A stretch of 64,000 nt of DNA from Flectonema sp. DT1601 (taxonomy: Eukaryota). Below the pieces are notes generated by a model. The model had not been told where the DNA came from, searched no databases, and saw nothing but the letters and a program-made list of their open reading frames with translations. The stretch lies in contig OZ025784.1 of the NCBI GenBank assembly GCA_964019425.1, positions 496,001 to 560,000 of the forward strand. The letters are read 5' to 3'. Below, piece after piece: positions 45,272 through 56,117 of this stretch; within the stretch, counting starts at the first letter, position 1; each line of letters begins with the position of its first letter. A program made the translations under genes and the position numbers.

Positions 45272-47062
45272 CTACTCCTCGTCAGGGGCTTCAGAGTCCT
45301 TTTCAGTTTCAGCCTTCTCTTCCTTCTCGAGTGCTTTGTATCTGTTCAGGTTAACAATGAAACGAACTACAGAGTAGATTGCGAAAACAATGGAACCAAT
45401 GTTTACGACTAAGGCTCCCGCTACAAATGCCCAGTGATCTCTGTTTCCGTCGTAGAAACCTGCAGCCATGAACGCCAAGGCAATTGCCTTTGAGAGGGTG
45501 ATGAACATTTCGACGACGAAAAGAGAGAACACTCTGAATGGTTTCATTAAGATCAAGAAAGCCATGTAAATAACAAACAGACACATAGTAGCTATTCTAA
45601 TATGACCACAGTCACGGTAGTCGTTAGGGATGTTCGTTGAATTCATTGAGTGAATCATATAAAACAAGAACGCTACTACAGACTTAATGCAAATAAACTT
45701 CACTGCGTCAGGAGTGTAGTCATCAAACAACATCTGAGTTCTCTTAAATTCCTTGCGGACTTCTTTAGTTGAAAGCTCGTGACCAGCCGAGAACACCTTC
45801 GCTTCCTTAATGATATCTTTTCCTTCTGGGATTTCCTTTGGATACCAATCCGCCTCTCCCGTCAGAAGCCCAACTTCACCTCTGAATGCATCGTAAATAG
45901 CAAACCTACGAACGCTTGACAGCTTGAAAAACAACCACACAGGTAGTATAATTCCGATGAAGAAGATGCAACCAATACCCAAAGGAAGAGCCATACGTCT
46001 AGTGTCACCGTGAGTCCAGATCAAAACCCAAGCAGATAACAATATTCCCTGACTAAGGAATATTGCAAACTTGATAGTACCACCAGGGAATCTGAGAAAC
46101 GATGCCTCTGTACGCAAGTGACGTCCCTTAAGCCAGGTAAGAATGAGAATAAAGAATCCGTGAAGAGCGAATCCACCAGCTGTAAGGATACCATTGTACA
46201 CAATGCATCCAATAAAAGATGACTTTAAGATATCTTCACCAATTGGGTGGAGGACGAAGATTAACTTCTGACCTTCACGACAATTGTCCGACAGAATCGA
46301 AGCAAACTGACTGGCTTCAAATGGATCTCCTCCGACCAGGGAAGCTCCCATGGCAGCAATGACAATTCCTTCAGAAGCCTTAACGTGGTCCTCATCGTAG
46401 GTGTCTTCAGCACCAACGTGGATTTGAAAAGTTCTAGCAGTTGGAAGCTCACCCTCAAAACAGCCGCTATTCAATGTAACAGTAAGGATTTCACTGAACT
46501 GCGGGTGGTACAAAGCGGTTCCGCCAAATCTAAGAAATATTTGTTGAAGGGTAGAAGTAGCAGGTTCGGATCCCAATGGAGCTGGTGTAGGAGGAGCAGG
46601 TGTAACGAAAGTACCCGCCTGGCTGACATATTGAATAATACCACGAGGGTTAGGTGCGTACAACAACGGCTGCCTTGTTGCACCGGCTCCCGAAGAACCG
46701 TCTGACCTCCTGTAGACAACTGTTGACGGAGAGTGAGTCCTCACTTCAGATGGTGCTACATTGTAAGGCTGGCTGAAAACATGAGTGAATCCACGCTCTC
46801 CTTTCACATTGTCGGTGCTCCATGTCACACAACTCAAGTCAGTCAAACTGCTCTCAACGAATGTTGTTCTCGTCTGCACACCGTCGTTAAGAACGATTGA
46901 TAATGGAACAATAAACCCTTGTCTGAATTCTTTAGAATCGATTTTCATGAACCCATCATCATTTCCATTCCACACAACCTTCTCACGAAATAGAGCCGTT
47001 GGTGGAGCGCCAGCCGCCGCTATCCCCAACAACCCCATGCATACCGCATGTGAGAACCTCAT
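45272..47062 (-). CDS. Signal-peptide surface protein with C-terminal multi-pass membrane domain
   Basis: N-terminal signal peptide (MRFSHAVCMGLLGIAAAG), PAPPTPAP linker, about 7-8 hydrophobic helices; higher GC3 than neighbours. Confidence 0.8.
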   Translation of the reverse strand: MRFSHAVCMGLLGIAAAGAPPTALFREKVVWNGNDDGFMKIDSKEFRQGFIVPLSIVLNDGVQTRTTFVESSLTDLSCVTWSTDNVKGERGFTHVFSQPYNVAPSEVRTHSPSTVVYRRSDGSSGAGATRQPLLYAPNPRGIIQYVSQAGTFVTPAPPTPAPLGSEPATSTLQQIFLRFGGTALYHPQFSEILTVTLNSGCFEGELPTARTFQIHVGAEDTYDEDHVKASEGIVIAAMGASLVGGDPFEASQFASILSDNCREGQKLIFVLHPIGEDILKSSFIGCIVYNGILTAGGFALHGFFILILTWLKGRHLRTEASFLRFPGGTIKFAIFLSQGILLSAWVLIWTHGDTRRMALPLGIGCIFFIGIILPVWLFFKLSSVRRFAIYDAFRGEVGLLTGEADWYPKEIPEGKDIIKEAKVFSAGHELSTKEVRKEFKRTQMLFDDYTPDAVKFICIKSVVAFLFYMIHSMNSTNIPNDYRDCGHIRIATMCLFVIYMAFLILMKPFRVFSLFVVEMFITLSKAIALAFMAAGFYDGNRDHWAFVAGALVVNIGSIVFAIYSVVRFIVNLNRYKALEKEEKAETEKDSEAPDEE

Positions 47063-48220
47063 CTTTTCTATTACCTGCTATTGAAGGAGAACTATTTGTT
47101 ATATTATAACTCTGGGAAATTCTCAAAGTTCAAAACATTCGAACCAGAATTTTAAAATGTAAAAGTTCTCACAAATATTAATACTTCGTAACCTCACTGA
47201 ACTGATGATGAGAAGACTGGATGCAAATTATTATTTATTCTTCTACAACAGAGACGTCAAACTCTACAAAATGAATATTTTTAAAACAGCTGCACCATAC
47301 AAATTCATACGAAGGAAGCAATTGGGGATGGGAAGAGCGAATCGGTTTTTTTTTTTTTTTTTTTTTGTAACGACGAAGTCGGAGAAGAAACTATTCAGAT
47401 TAAGAGCCGTTATTCATTATGTCATGTGTTTCATCTATTTTCCCTGTGCCGCCACTAACACCGCCTGCGATCAACATTTTTTTTTTCCCTTCCCTTTTTT
47501 TTTTTTTTTTTTTCAATGCTAAAAAAACACTTAGCTGTGTTATTTGTAAAGGACACAACTCGTACTCTCCAGTTAGTAGTATTTTGAAACACAGGTCCGA
47601 CCAGCGGTACAGTTGTTTACTTGTCGAAGGAAATGAAAGTGCAGCCAAACTCCTATGTTTTGGGAAGGGGGAAAGGACACTATAACCATAACGTACCTCA
47701 AGCAAATGAGTGGGGAATAATTTAAAAAAAAAAAAAAAAAAAAAGTCCACTTTTTACGGTCATTTGCTAAATCTATTAGTGCTCATCAGAAATAAAGGTT
47801 TATTGACTTGCCCCTTCAAATACAATAAATAAAATATTTAGTAACGCTTGTCAATCTCTTTCTTCATGTACAAATGAGACGTTTTTTTTTTTTTTTTTTC
47901 TACTACTAGAAACAAGAATAGAGAAAAACTAACACGATATAAACATTATTAAATTAATGAGGTCACGCTCTGACGAAGAAACGAAAGAAAAAGGGGGTGA
48001 AACTTTGACAATGTAAAAACAGTAACAACTTTTAGGTATTAAAAACAAAATTAATATCAAGTATTTGACTGAAAAGGATTTGTAGTTGTTAATCAAAGAA
48101 AATTACGTTTAGAAAAAAGTAAGACGAAGAAACGAAAGAAAAAGGGGGGGAGGGGGGAAATGAGTACGGGAGGGAATCACCTATAAGAATACAATTGTGT
48201 ACACGTTGTGCGATACGACG

Positions 48221-48259
<39 letters not shown>
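48221..48259. repeat. (CAA)n microsatellite
   Basis: About 13 ACA/CAA units. Confidence 0.9.
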
Positions 48260-48657
48260 CGAGAAGAAAATATACGACTTAGGCTCCGCACACGAAGTAA
48301 AATCATCCTTATTACAAGAGGGAAGATATTTCTTCTTTTTTTTTTTTTCCCCTCAACAAGACTTGGCATCGCTGACAAGCGTAACCCCCATTCCTCAATA
48401 TTCTCGGTACCGATTGTTGTTAATATTTATTTCCTTCATCTCTCTTCGATCGTATTGGTTAGTATTCAAAATAAAGTAATTGTTCTGACGTAAATATACT
48501 TTCTCAGAACATACGTTGTTGAAATACGTTAGTCTCACACTCCTAGGGTCGGGGGGAGAGAGACAACAGGAATTCTACAGGGTTGCGAATAACATTGAGA
48601 ATGAAACTGACCTTAGAACAAACGAGCGGCAGAAAGAAAAAAAAAAAAAAAAATTAG

Positions 48658-48970
48658 GGGGGGTAACTTGATACTAATATTAAATGGAAAGCAACTTGAA
48701 ACTGGCAAAAACGAGAATAGGGTTCGGCCAAACCTGGTTGCAATATAAGAAATCAACAGTTGGTATCGATAGAAAATCCCATATGTGCTGTCGAATATGG
48801 GGATTCGGGGGCCACGTACTACAGGTTGAGCACCCCATGCCCTGTAGCCCGTTACAGCTTAAAATAGTATTCCTTCACACTTCAAAGGTAAATAAATATT
48901 AAAGGAAAATTAAAAAAAGAAAACTATTTTTGCAAAAATAATAAAAGAAATAAAGAATAAAAATAAAATA
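48658..48970 (-). repeat. Downstream pseudo-LTR of the Penelope-like element
   Basis: No differences seen against 54344-54656; both copies give the same 72-aa spurious ORF in the track. Confidence 0.95.
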
Positions 48971-49039
48971 TAAATTATTTCTGGTTCGTAGCACACTACC
49001 AGTGGAGCACATCTCGCAATACTTTGCTGCGAGTGATAA

Positions 49040-52000
49040 TTAACTACGTTCGCTTTGCTCTCGAAAGACTGTACAATGAGTTTGGTGTGATCTTAAGCCT
49101 CGTAAATTAAATTGTCTTCCGGCCTGAGATTCCGTGGCACCACACGCAGTACAGATGAATAATCCCAAACAACTCAAACAAACATCATAATCACAGTCTT
49201 TTTGTCTACATTGGAATGCAAGATTATAAGTGGTTTGTGGCATGTTGCGATCACAGATATTACAGTACATATTACTACTTACCTTCGCAAATTTCAGGTT
49301 GTGTCTTGCTGGACATAAGTGGAGCTCTTCTTTAAAGATTAGAATGTCTGAATCTTCTAATAAATTAATAAGTACATCCACAACTAGCTCTTCATCAATC
49401 GTATTAGAACTTGAGGAAGTAGTTGAGGAAGATGAATCGGAAGAGGTCACAGATACGGTTTCTGAGGTTAAATCTGAGCAACTTGACATTGTTGTGGCTG
49501 CTTTCATTTTGATCTCATCGAAGTACCAGTAATGCAACAGTTCGTAAACATCATAATTAACGTTGTCGAAGGTTAAAAGGTTCATAGTGGCACCCGCTTT
49601 CGATAGAAGAGTATCAGCGTCGACAAAATTAGGACACATTTTCGCTAATTCAGGTACTATTAAATTCATGAAAGCCTCATAATTCCATTGCGACATAGTA
49701 AATATGGTGCATTGTTTTCCGTGACTTCTCGGTAAAATTGGCATATAGTGCTCAGAAGTAGTATGGTACGCCATTACACCGATCGTACCCCAAAAATATG
49801 TATCTTGTGTACTGGCTGGGGAAATCCATCGTAAACTTTTTTCCTGCACGCTATTAATAGTGATTAGTATTAAAGAACAACCCATTTCATCTAAGAAAGC
49901 TTGAATATACACATGATCTGTATATGTATTACTGTCAAGTACATCTTCTGTGAATTTTTCATAATCTGTGTCTACAAAACTTTGGTATTGCGCCTTCTTT
50001 AAAGTCAGTCTACGATGTATAACTCTACGTACCCATTCAGCGTTTATGACTCCATTTTGACAAATTATTAGTGCCATAGATTCAAAGAAACAATTACCTG
50101 CTGTGTTTACCGAGGGTATTGTTAAGTCCCAGTCCATAGTTTCTAGTAGAGTTTTCATATCCCGAAACGTAAAATAAGAAACCAACTCGTCCAAATGTCC
50201 CAGATTCACCTTGGCATCCGAATTGGTAGGGGATGACAATTTTTGAACTAGGACAGCTGTTCTGTCGGTTTCAATTTCATCTTTTTCGATGGGCGGGTAC
50301 GTTATATAGTTTCTTTCACCAGTCGGGTAGTAATAATCTTTCTTCAAGCCTTCAAGGATCCGGTAGAAAAGATTGATGCATCTTTTATTGACAAAAGGAT
50401 ATTCTTCATAGAATTCGTCACAAAATTCCTTGTAGCCGGTTGATATGTGATGCTTTTTAAATTTTCTAGTAATCATCCGATAAATTATCCATTCAAACTC
50501 TATTAGTAGGTCAGAGAGGTTGTTACAAATCATGCTGGCTCTATACATCGCTCCTTTAACTATACCTTTGGGTATGGAATCAGGCATCGTGGAGTCTGCA
50601 TGCACGTACTGTAAAGGTTTGAAGTTCCACTCTTTCCGATGAACGGAGAGACGAATAAATTTCTTTTTCACTTTCACTTCTTCCCTTGCAATGTCTTCCT
50701 CGACCCGTATCCGTGCACCAAGAAACACCACATCATTACTATCTAGGGAGGTATCTTTGTAGTCCATGCCGTACATCTTTTGCGGCGGTGGTTTTGTCCC
50801 CCAGCATAAAAAATCATCAATATATCTTACTGTTAAAGTATGTGACTTCGCAATTTCCAGAGTTGACTGTTCTATAAATTTCTTCTCAACTGCATAACAA
50901 TACAAGTTAGCTAGAAGCGGGGAGGCATTACCACCCATGGGTATCCCTTTCGTTTGACGGTAGCATTGATGACTACCAATCGGTTGGATTAAAGAATAGT
51001 CGATACACATGTCAATTAGTTTACCAATCATTTCGGAAGTGTATTCCTTTGTGTTTGCATCAACTCCGTCTGTGAAAAAGAAAGTCTTGGACTTTCCACG
51101 TGCTCTGCTATTTCGTGCAATATGTTTCTTACCGGAAAATCTAAAAGCTTCATCTACTGCTTCTTTGCAATTTCGTTTAAGTACCTTATGCTTCAGGTTG
51201 CTGTACATGGTGGTGAAGTCATAAGTTTTGGGTTCAGCGTATTTTAAAAATTCAGGGTAGTTGGATTTAATCCGTTGTATTACCTCATCTACTGAGTCAA
51301 CAATAAAATATTTTCTAACACCAGTCTTTACATATTCCATATGGTCCTTTGATTTTAGTGTGAGCAGTATTAACTTAATAATTCCAGTAAGTTCTTGTTG
51401 AGCGTGTGTCATTACATTGGATCGAAAAACTCTCTCTCTTGTATTGGTCACCTTCTTTGATTCGTCAGTCTCTTTGTCAGGTTCATTCGTTTCCTCAATC
51501 AAAGTTTCACAGTTGACAGAAGTACCTGCAATCCATCTAAGGCGGATGTCTGGGATCTTATGCAGTTTAAAAATCCCATATAAGTACGGCACTGCGCCAG
51601 TGATTTTTGGAAATTTGAGTTCCTTATTTGTTTTCATTAACCCGTCTGTTAATACATTTTCTACTTGTTCGTAACTTTCCATTTCATTTTTCAATAGCTC
51701 ACAATAATAAGCTTTGCACATTACTGCGCAATCATGTCTTGCTTTATCCACTGGGAGGAATAGGACATGTTTTTTTAGGTCCTTTAATTCTCTCATACAC
51801 TTTGCTAAAGTTGCATCGTTGGGTAAGGGTTTTAATTGTATTTGTGAAGTGAATTCTTCCTTCAGCCATCTATTTAAGACTTCGGCGTTTGCTTCTCTGT
51901 CGCTTTTAGTTGTCCCAATCATGAATCTCGTTACTTTTTCGGTAAATCTATCAGCTGCTTCATGAAGTTCTTGTGTCATCTCATGTTGTGAACAGTGAAT

Positions 52001-53326
52001 ACGGTAAAGCATTCCTAACTTTAGTACCTCTTTTAGTTGATCACTACATTTCAAAGAAGAACAATGTCCTGCAACATGTTTGGTATTACAATTATCTTCT
52101 TTGTATTGATAACAAGGACATTGTTTATCATTTAGTGGAGGTGACTTTTCTAACTCAATCGTATTTGTGTTAAATATTTTCGATCCTAAAGTTCTGCTGA
52201 GTCCATAGGATGTTTTGGTAGGTAAACCAGAGGGTAGTAACTTCTTATACTTTTCTTTTATGAATACTGCATTAAAGTCCATTTTCTTCACACAAGGGTG
52301 CAGCATCTTCAGACAAAACCAGTGGCAATCAACCACACGATTCTTTTTTCTTTCTCTTTTAATTTTAAGAGCCTCGTTGAGTGCTACAATGATTGCTTGC
52401 ATTTTATTATTTTCTTTCACTTCGTGACTTGCAAATCTTCGGATCCAGTGAAACATTCGTGAAATTCTTGTGAAAGACCAGTCTTTAATAACTTCAACAT
52501 TAAGTGCTTCAAGATTGCATAAATGCTGTAGTTGTTTCCTTAAGCCATAGAATAGGCGAAACTTTGGGTTCGGTCCGACATCAGTGATGATCACTCGACC
52601 ATTATTTATTTTCGTCCAATTTGAAGGGGGTTCGTTAGTATTCTTTTTCCGTCTTCTTCTTTTTATCTTTTCCGTCGGGACTTTCGTTCGTGTGGATGCT
52701 TTTTTGTTATTTTGTACTTTCTTCTTTCCCAGTATATTATAATGCGGTTTGAAATGACTGATCCAAAACCTCTCGGCTGGGTCAGCCATATTACGGAATA
52801 GGAAACTGTTGTTTTTCAGGAAGTCGGGTTCATTAATTACTTCCAGTGTCACTGGGAATAATGGATATTTTCTCTTACGTATGAATTTGTATAATGGTTG
52901 AGTACATTTCCCCTGTACTGAGCGATTGCTCCAGTGTTGTTTTTCTCGATCTCTCGCAGTTTTATAAGTTTGACCAACATAACGGATATGTCCTCTCTCA
53001 CACAATAAACCATAAATTACACCTTTACAATCTTGAGGCTGTGCTTCAAAAGAGAGTCCACGTTGTTGGCGTGCTGTCCTTAACTTCTTTGAATAGTTCT
53101 GTTCAAACTTTCGTCTTGCTTCTTTTAATGAAACTTCGTACTGATCATCTCTACGTTGGTTCTTTTCTAAGATCTTCCGGTCTTTAAATGCAACAGTGTG
53201 AACAGAACTTTCATCTTTGGCTCTGCGAACTACTGATTTGGCAATTCCAAACGGTATATGGTCAAGAGCTAAAGATAATTGGGATTTGGGAGGTGAAGTA
53301 TTTTGGGATAAATTATAATTTTGCAT
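49040..53326 (-). CDS. PLE polyprotein: GIY-YIG endonuclease, CxC..H linker, reverse transcriptase, OTU-like protease, two zinc-finger motifs
   Basis: EN: GVIYGL..RYVGQT..R..QH..ERFWI..YN (about 53030-52730). RT: LPVDKA, YGIFKLHK, YDFTTMY, QTKGIPMGGNASPLLANLY, RYIDD (about 51800-50480). OTU: AGNCFFES..EHYMPI (about 50120-49730). Fingers: CPARH..CNIC..C..CDYDVCLSC and CTAC..H..HC. Confidence 0.92.
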   Translation of the reverse strand: MQNYNLSQNTSPPKSQLSLALDHIPFGIAKSVVRRAKDESSVHTVAFKDRKILEKNQRRDDQYEVSLKEARRKFEQNYSKKLRTARQQRGLSFEAQPQDCKGVIYGLLCERGHIRYVGQTYKTARDREKQHWSNRSVQGKCTQPLYKFIRKRKYPLFPVTLEVINEPDFLKNNSFLFRNMADPAERFWISHFKPHYNILGKKKVQNNKKASTRTKVPTEKIKRRRRKKNTNEPPSNWTKINNGRVIITDVGPNPKFRLFYGLRKQLQHLCNLEALNVEVIKDWSFTRISRMFHWIRRFASHEVKENNKMQAIIVALNEALKIKRERKKNRVVDCHWFCLKMLHPCVKKMDFNAVFIKEKYKKLLPSGLPTKTSYGLSRTLGSKIFNTNTIELEKSPPLNDKQCPCYQYKEDNCNTKHVAGHCSSLKCSDQLKEVLKLGMLYRIHCSQHEMTQELHEAADRFTEKVTRFMIGTTKSDREANAEVLNRWLKEEFTSQIQLKPLPNDATLAKCMRELKDLKKHVLFLPVDKARHDCAVMCKAYYCELLKNEMESYEQVENVLTDGLMKTNKELKFPKITGAVPYLYGIFKLHKIPDIRLRWIAGTSVNCETLIEETNEPDKETDESKKVTNTRERVFRSNVMTHAQQELTGIIKLILLTLKSKDHMEYVKTGVRKYFIVDSVDEVIQRIKSNYPEFLKYAEPKTYDFTTMYSNLKHKVLKRNCKEAVDEAFRFSGKKHIARNSRARGKSKTFFFTDGVDANTKEYTSEMIGKLIDMCIDYSLIQPIGSHQCYRQTKGIPMGGNASPLLANLYCYAVEKKFIEQSTLEIAKSHTLTVRYIDDFLCWGTKPPPQKMYGMDYKDTSLDSNDVVFLGARIRVEEDIAREEVKVKKKFIRLSVHRKEWNFKPLQYVHADSTMPDSIPKGIVKGAMYRASMICNNLSDLLIEFEWIIYRMITRKFKKHHISTGYKEFCDEFYEEYPFVNKRCINLFYRILEGLKKDYYYPTGERNYITYPPIEKDEIETDRTAVLVQKLSSPTNSDAKVNLGHLDELVSYFTFRDMKTLLETMDWDLTIPSVNTAGNCFFESMALIICQNGVINAEWVRRVIHRRLTLKKAQYQSFVDTDYEKFTEDVLDSNTYTDHVYIQAFLDEMGCSLILITINSVQEKSLRWISPASTQDTYFWGTIGVMAYHTTSEHYMPILPRSHGKQCTIFTMSQWNYEAFMNLIVPELAKMCPNFVDADTLLSKAGATMNLLTFDNVNYDVYELLHYWYFDEIKMKAATTMSSCSDLTSETVSVTSSDSSSSTTSSSSNTIDEELVVDVLINLLEDSDILIFKEELHLCPARHNLKFAKVSSNMYCNICDRNMPQTTYNLAFQCRQKDCDYDVCLSCLGLFICTACGATESQAGRQFNLRGLRSHQTHCTVFREQSERS

Positions 53327-54343
53327 GAGTGTTATTAATAAAGGTAACTGTTAACTCTAAAATAGTTAACTATTTTTTTGGGAAGCTTGACCCTAAAACT
53401 GCTTTTTTAAGAAAATAAAAATAGTAAAAATTAAATAAAAATAATGAAAAGAGATTAAAGCTTTCTCAAGAAGGCTAAGGAAATGAAAGGGAAAAAGGTT
53501 GTCAGGGGATTATTGAAAGCAGGGGATGAAGGTCGGGTCAGGGCTACTTCCCAGCCACAAAACCTTCATCCTAAAACCCCTGCAGCACTTGATGACTGCT
53601 CCTCATCTAATATGGGATCTAACCTACTAGTCCGCAGACGACTACCCTACTGACGGTGTTCCTATTAGTCAGTCAATAGTGTCCATCTACGACAGCGGGT
53701 CATCAAATACACAAGATAATAGAAAGAGAAAGAAAAGAGAGAATTGACTAACCCTGTACTGAACAACCATCTCAGAACGGAAGACGGTTGTTGACAATAA
53801 ATATTTATTGAACATTTTAAAAAAATAAAAAAATAAAGAAGTAAACTTAAACTTAATCTTCGTTGAAGATCTCGAAATTAATTCGTACTCATATCTCTGA
53901 ATAAGGTACATAATATTATGTGTCCCAAATTCCAATTAAAATTCATAGTAATTCATCATGGCGGTACATTTGTACTCCGAATCAGCCAAATTATTCAGTA
54001 CCAATTGGTACTTAGGACTAAGTATACAGCTTTGAATTGTATATACTCTTCTTAGCTGCAACTGCCTCTAAATAAACATTTAAAATCAACCAAATTATTA
54101 TTGAAAAACACAGTAGAAACGATTATAACTTTAAAACAAATTTCTTCCAAACAAACGAACGATAACCAACCGAAGATACGCCCTTAAAGAAACAGGTAAC
54201 AAAAGCTACCGTTTAGTTCAAATCCTCACACTTTATGGAGGGATGAGGCGTATAATAAAATATGAAATACAAATCCATGCAATTCATTTATTTTGATACA
54301 TACTCCACACGAAGGCATGATTGTCCTCCGGGTATATGTATAA

Positions 54344-54656
54344 GGGGGGTAACTTGATACTAATATTAAATGGAAAGCAACTTGAAACTGGCAAAAACGA
54401 GAATAGGGTTCGGCCAAACCTGGTTGCAATATAAGAAATCAACAGTTGGTATCGATAGAAAATCCCATATGTGCTGTCGAATATGGGGATTCGGGGGCCA
54501 CGTACTACAGGTTGAGCACCCCATGCCCTGTAGCCCGTTACAGCTTAAAATAGTATTCCTTCACACTTCAAAGGTAAATAAATATTAAAGGAAAATTAAA
54601 AAAAGAAAACTATTTTTGCAAAAATAATAAAAGAAATAAAGAATAAAAATAAAATA
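54344..54656 (-). repeat. Upstream pseudo-LTR of the Penelope-like element
   Basis: Direct repeat of 48658-48970. Confidence 0.95.
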
Positions 54657-55430
54657 AAGGGGGGGGAAAAAGGTGGGAAATTGGAAAACGAATAAAAACA
54701 TAAACAATAACAAACGGATTTTTTTTTTTTTTTTTTTCCTGCTTTCTCATCCGAGACAGAATTCTCCCAAAGCCAAGGACACACTCCCAATGATAGCACA
54801 AAGGGGGTTTTTATTTCCGGGGAAATAAACGTCTTTCGGAATGCATCACAATTTATAAAATAAAAGTCTTTGTCGGCATGCCAACCGACTTGTATCCGCA
54901 GTATAAGAATTGAGGTGCTATAATTTTCAATCGTCTTTTGACTACATAAAAGCAGAATACATAAACCTCAACATAAAGGTTTCCTTTCTGCACAATCTCT
55001 CAATATTGCACTCTTTCACATTATTCAAATACCCCTCACGTTGTATCACACACAAACAAGAGACAGTCGCTCTTGCTGACTGATAATTAGCTGCCTAGTG
55101 TGAAAAATGATTAGGAAAAAAACGACACATACTGGGATAATATTTGTTTTTTGAGCGGAGGGGGAAAAATGAAAGGAAAGAATTTTTTTTTTTTTTTTTT
55201 TTTTTGTAATTTTTTTTTTTTCCACATTAACTTGAGCGACGAAGACGCGAAACACATGAGTGTCTTCAAAGAAACACTCAATCGGAAGTTACTGTTTACT
55301 TTACTTTCTAATAATTAAATTATTCTGTCACGCAACTGACCTTCGATATACTCTCTTACTTCTTCTTTTGAGAGCCGCTAAAAAATTACATGAGTCCGAA
55401 GTGACAATCCAACATGCTATTTATTCCTCA

Positions 55431-56117
55431 TTATCGTCTCACATGTCTGATGGCACTTGGGTACGAAAACTGTGCTGGTGTTCCACCAGGCGAGTAGACA
55501 TCACTTCTATGCATTTGATTAAACGACGGGTACTGCGGTTGTGACGAAGCTCCAAAATTAAGAAATTTTGGAGGAGAGCAATGATGTTGAATTGAATAGT
55601 ATTCAACAGGCCGGATACCACTTTCAACAATTTGACGAGGCTGGGAGGTGGCTCGGGGACCTGGAGAACGAGGCTGTTGGTTGGAACCTCTTATGATGAG
55701 GAATCGTATCCATTTGTCAAATATTGATTTGTAAACAGGAAGCTTATTATCATTTACTAATCTCAACGCCTTACTAATTACTTGATTTCTCATCCATCTC
55801 GCATTACTCGGCTGCTCTAACTGCGGCAATGGAGGAGGACTACCGTACTTAGGACTTGATTGATAGTCATCGTATCCAATACTCACCTCTTGTTTCCTTG
55901 TTTGTTGATGGACTAATGCATTCTGAGCTTCCTTCTTCTTTTTCACTAATGAGTCCCGTTCTAATTTCCAAAGTTCTTTCTCAGCTTCAAGCTCCTCAAT
56001 AGCATCTGAAGCATTTTTTATTTTATCCAATTGAGTTAGGAATAACAACAAGGCTACTACTGCGATGATGAAGAACCCAACGGACATGGCGACCAGACTA
56101 ATCATAGTCCCATCCAT
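55431..56117 (-). CDS. Hypothetical protein with N-terminal TM anchor and coiled coil (228 aa)
   Basis: ATG ORF; hydrophobic N-terminus followed by heptads and a Pro-rich tail. Confidence 0.75.
   Translation of the reverse strand: MDGTMISLVAMSVGFFIIAVVALLLFLTQLDKIKNASDAIEELEAEKELWKLERDSLVKKKKEAQNALVHQQTRKQEVSIGYDDYQSSPKYGSPPPLPQLEQPSNARWMRNQVISKALRLVNDNKLPVYKSIFDKWIRFLIIRGSNQQPRSPGPRATSQPRQIVESGIRPVEYYSIQHHCSPPKFLNFGASSQPQYPSFNQMHRSDVYSPGGTPAQFSYPSAIRHVRR

Larger units (their letters stand above)
48658..54656 (-). mobile_element. Intact Penelope-like retroelement with N-terminal GIY-YIG endonuclease (Naiad/Chlamys-type domain order) and 313-bp direct terminal repeats
   Basis: One 1428-aa EN-RT ORF flanked by direct repeats 48658-48970 and 54344-54656 (offset 5686). 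Confidence 0.9.

Noticed and set aside
48654..48663. Telomeric TTAGGG at the PLE junction, or a target-site duplication
   Set aside because: Single hexamer inside an A-run/G-run junction; flanks share only low-complexity sequence.
48684..48902. 72-aa plus-strand ORF (also 54370-54588)
   Set aside because: Antisense ORF inside the terminal repeat; it recurs only because the repeat does.
9214..50120. Functional ubiquitin-themed cluster (Rad23 fusion plus OTU)
   Set aside because: About 38 kb apart and the OTU is inside a mobile element; co-location is probably chance.
54201..54214. SL-like AAAAGCTACCGTTT in the PLE leader
   Set aside because: Too short, A-rich, and lacks the CTGTAC core.
48658..54656. 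LTR retrotransposon
   Set aside because: No gag, aspartic protease, RNase H or integrase and no TG..CA ends; RT and GIY-YIG motifs are PLE-type.
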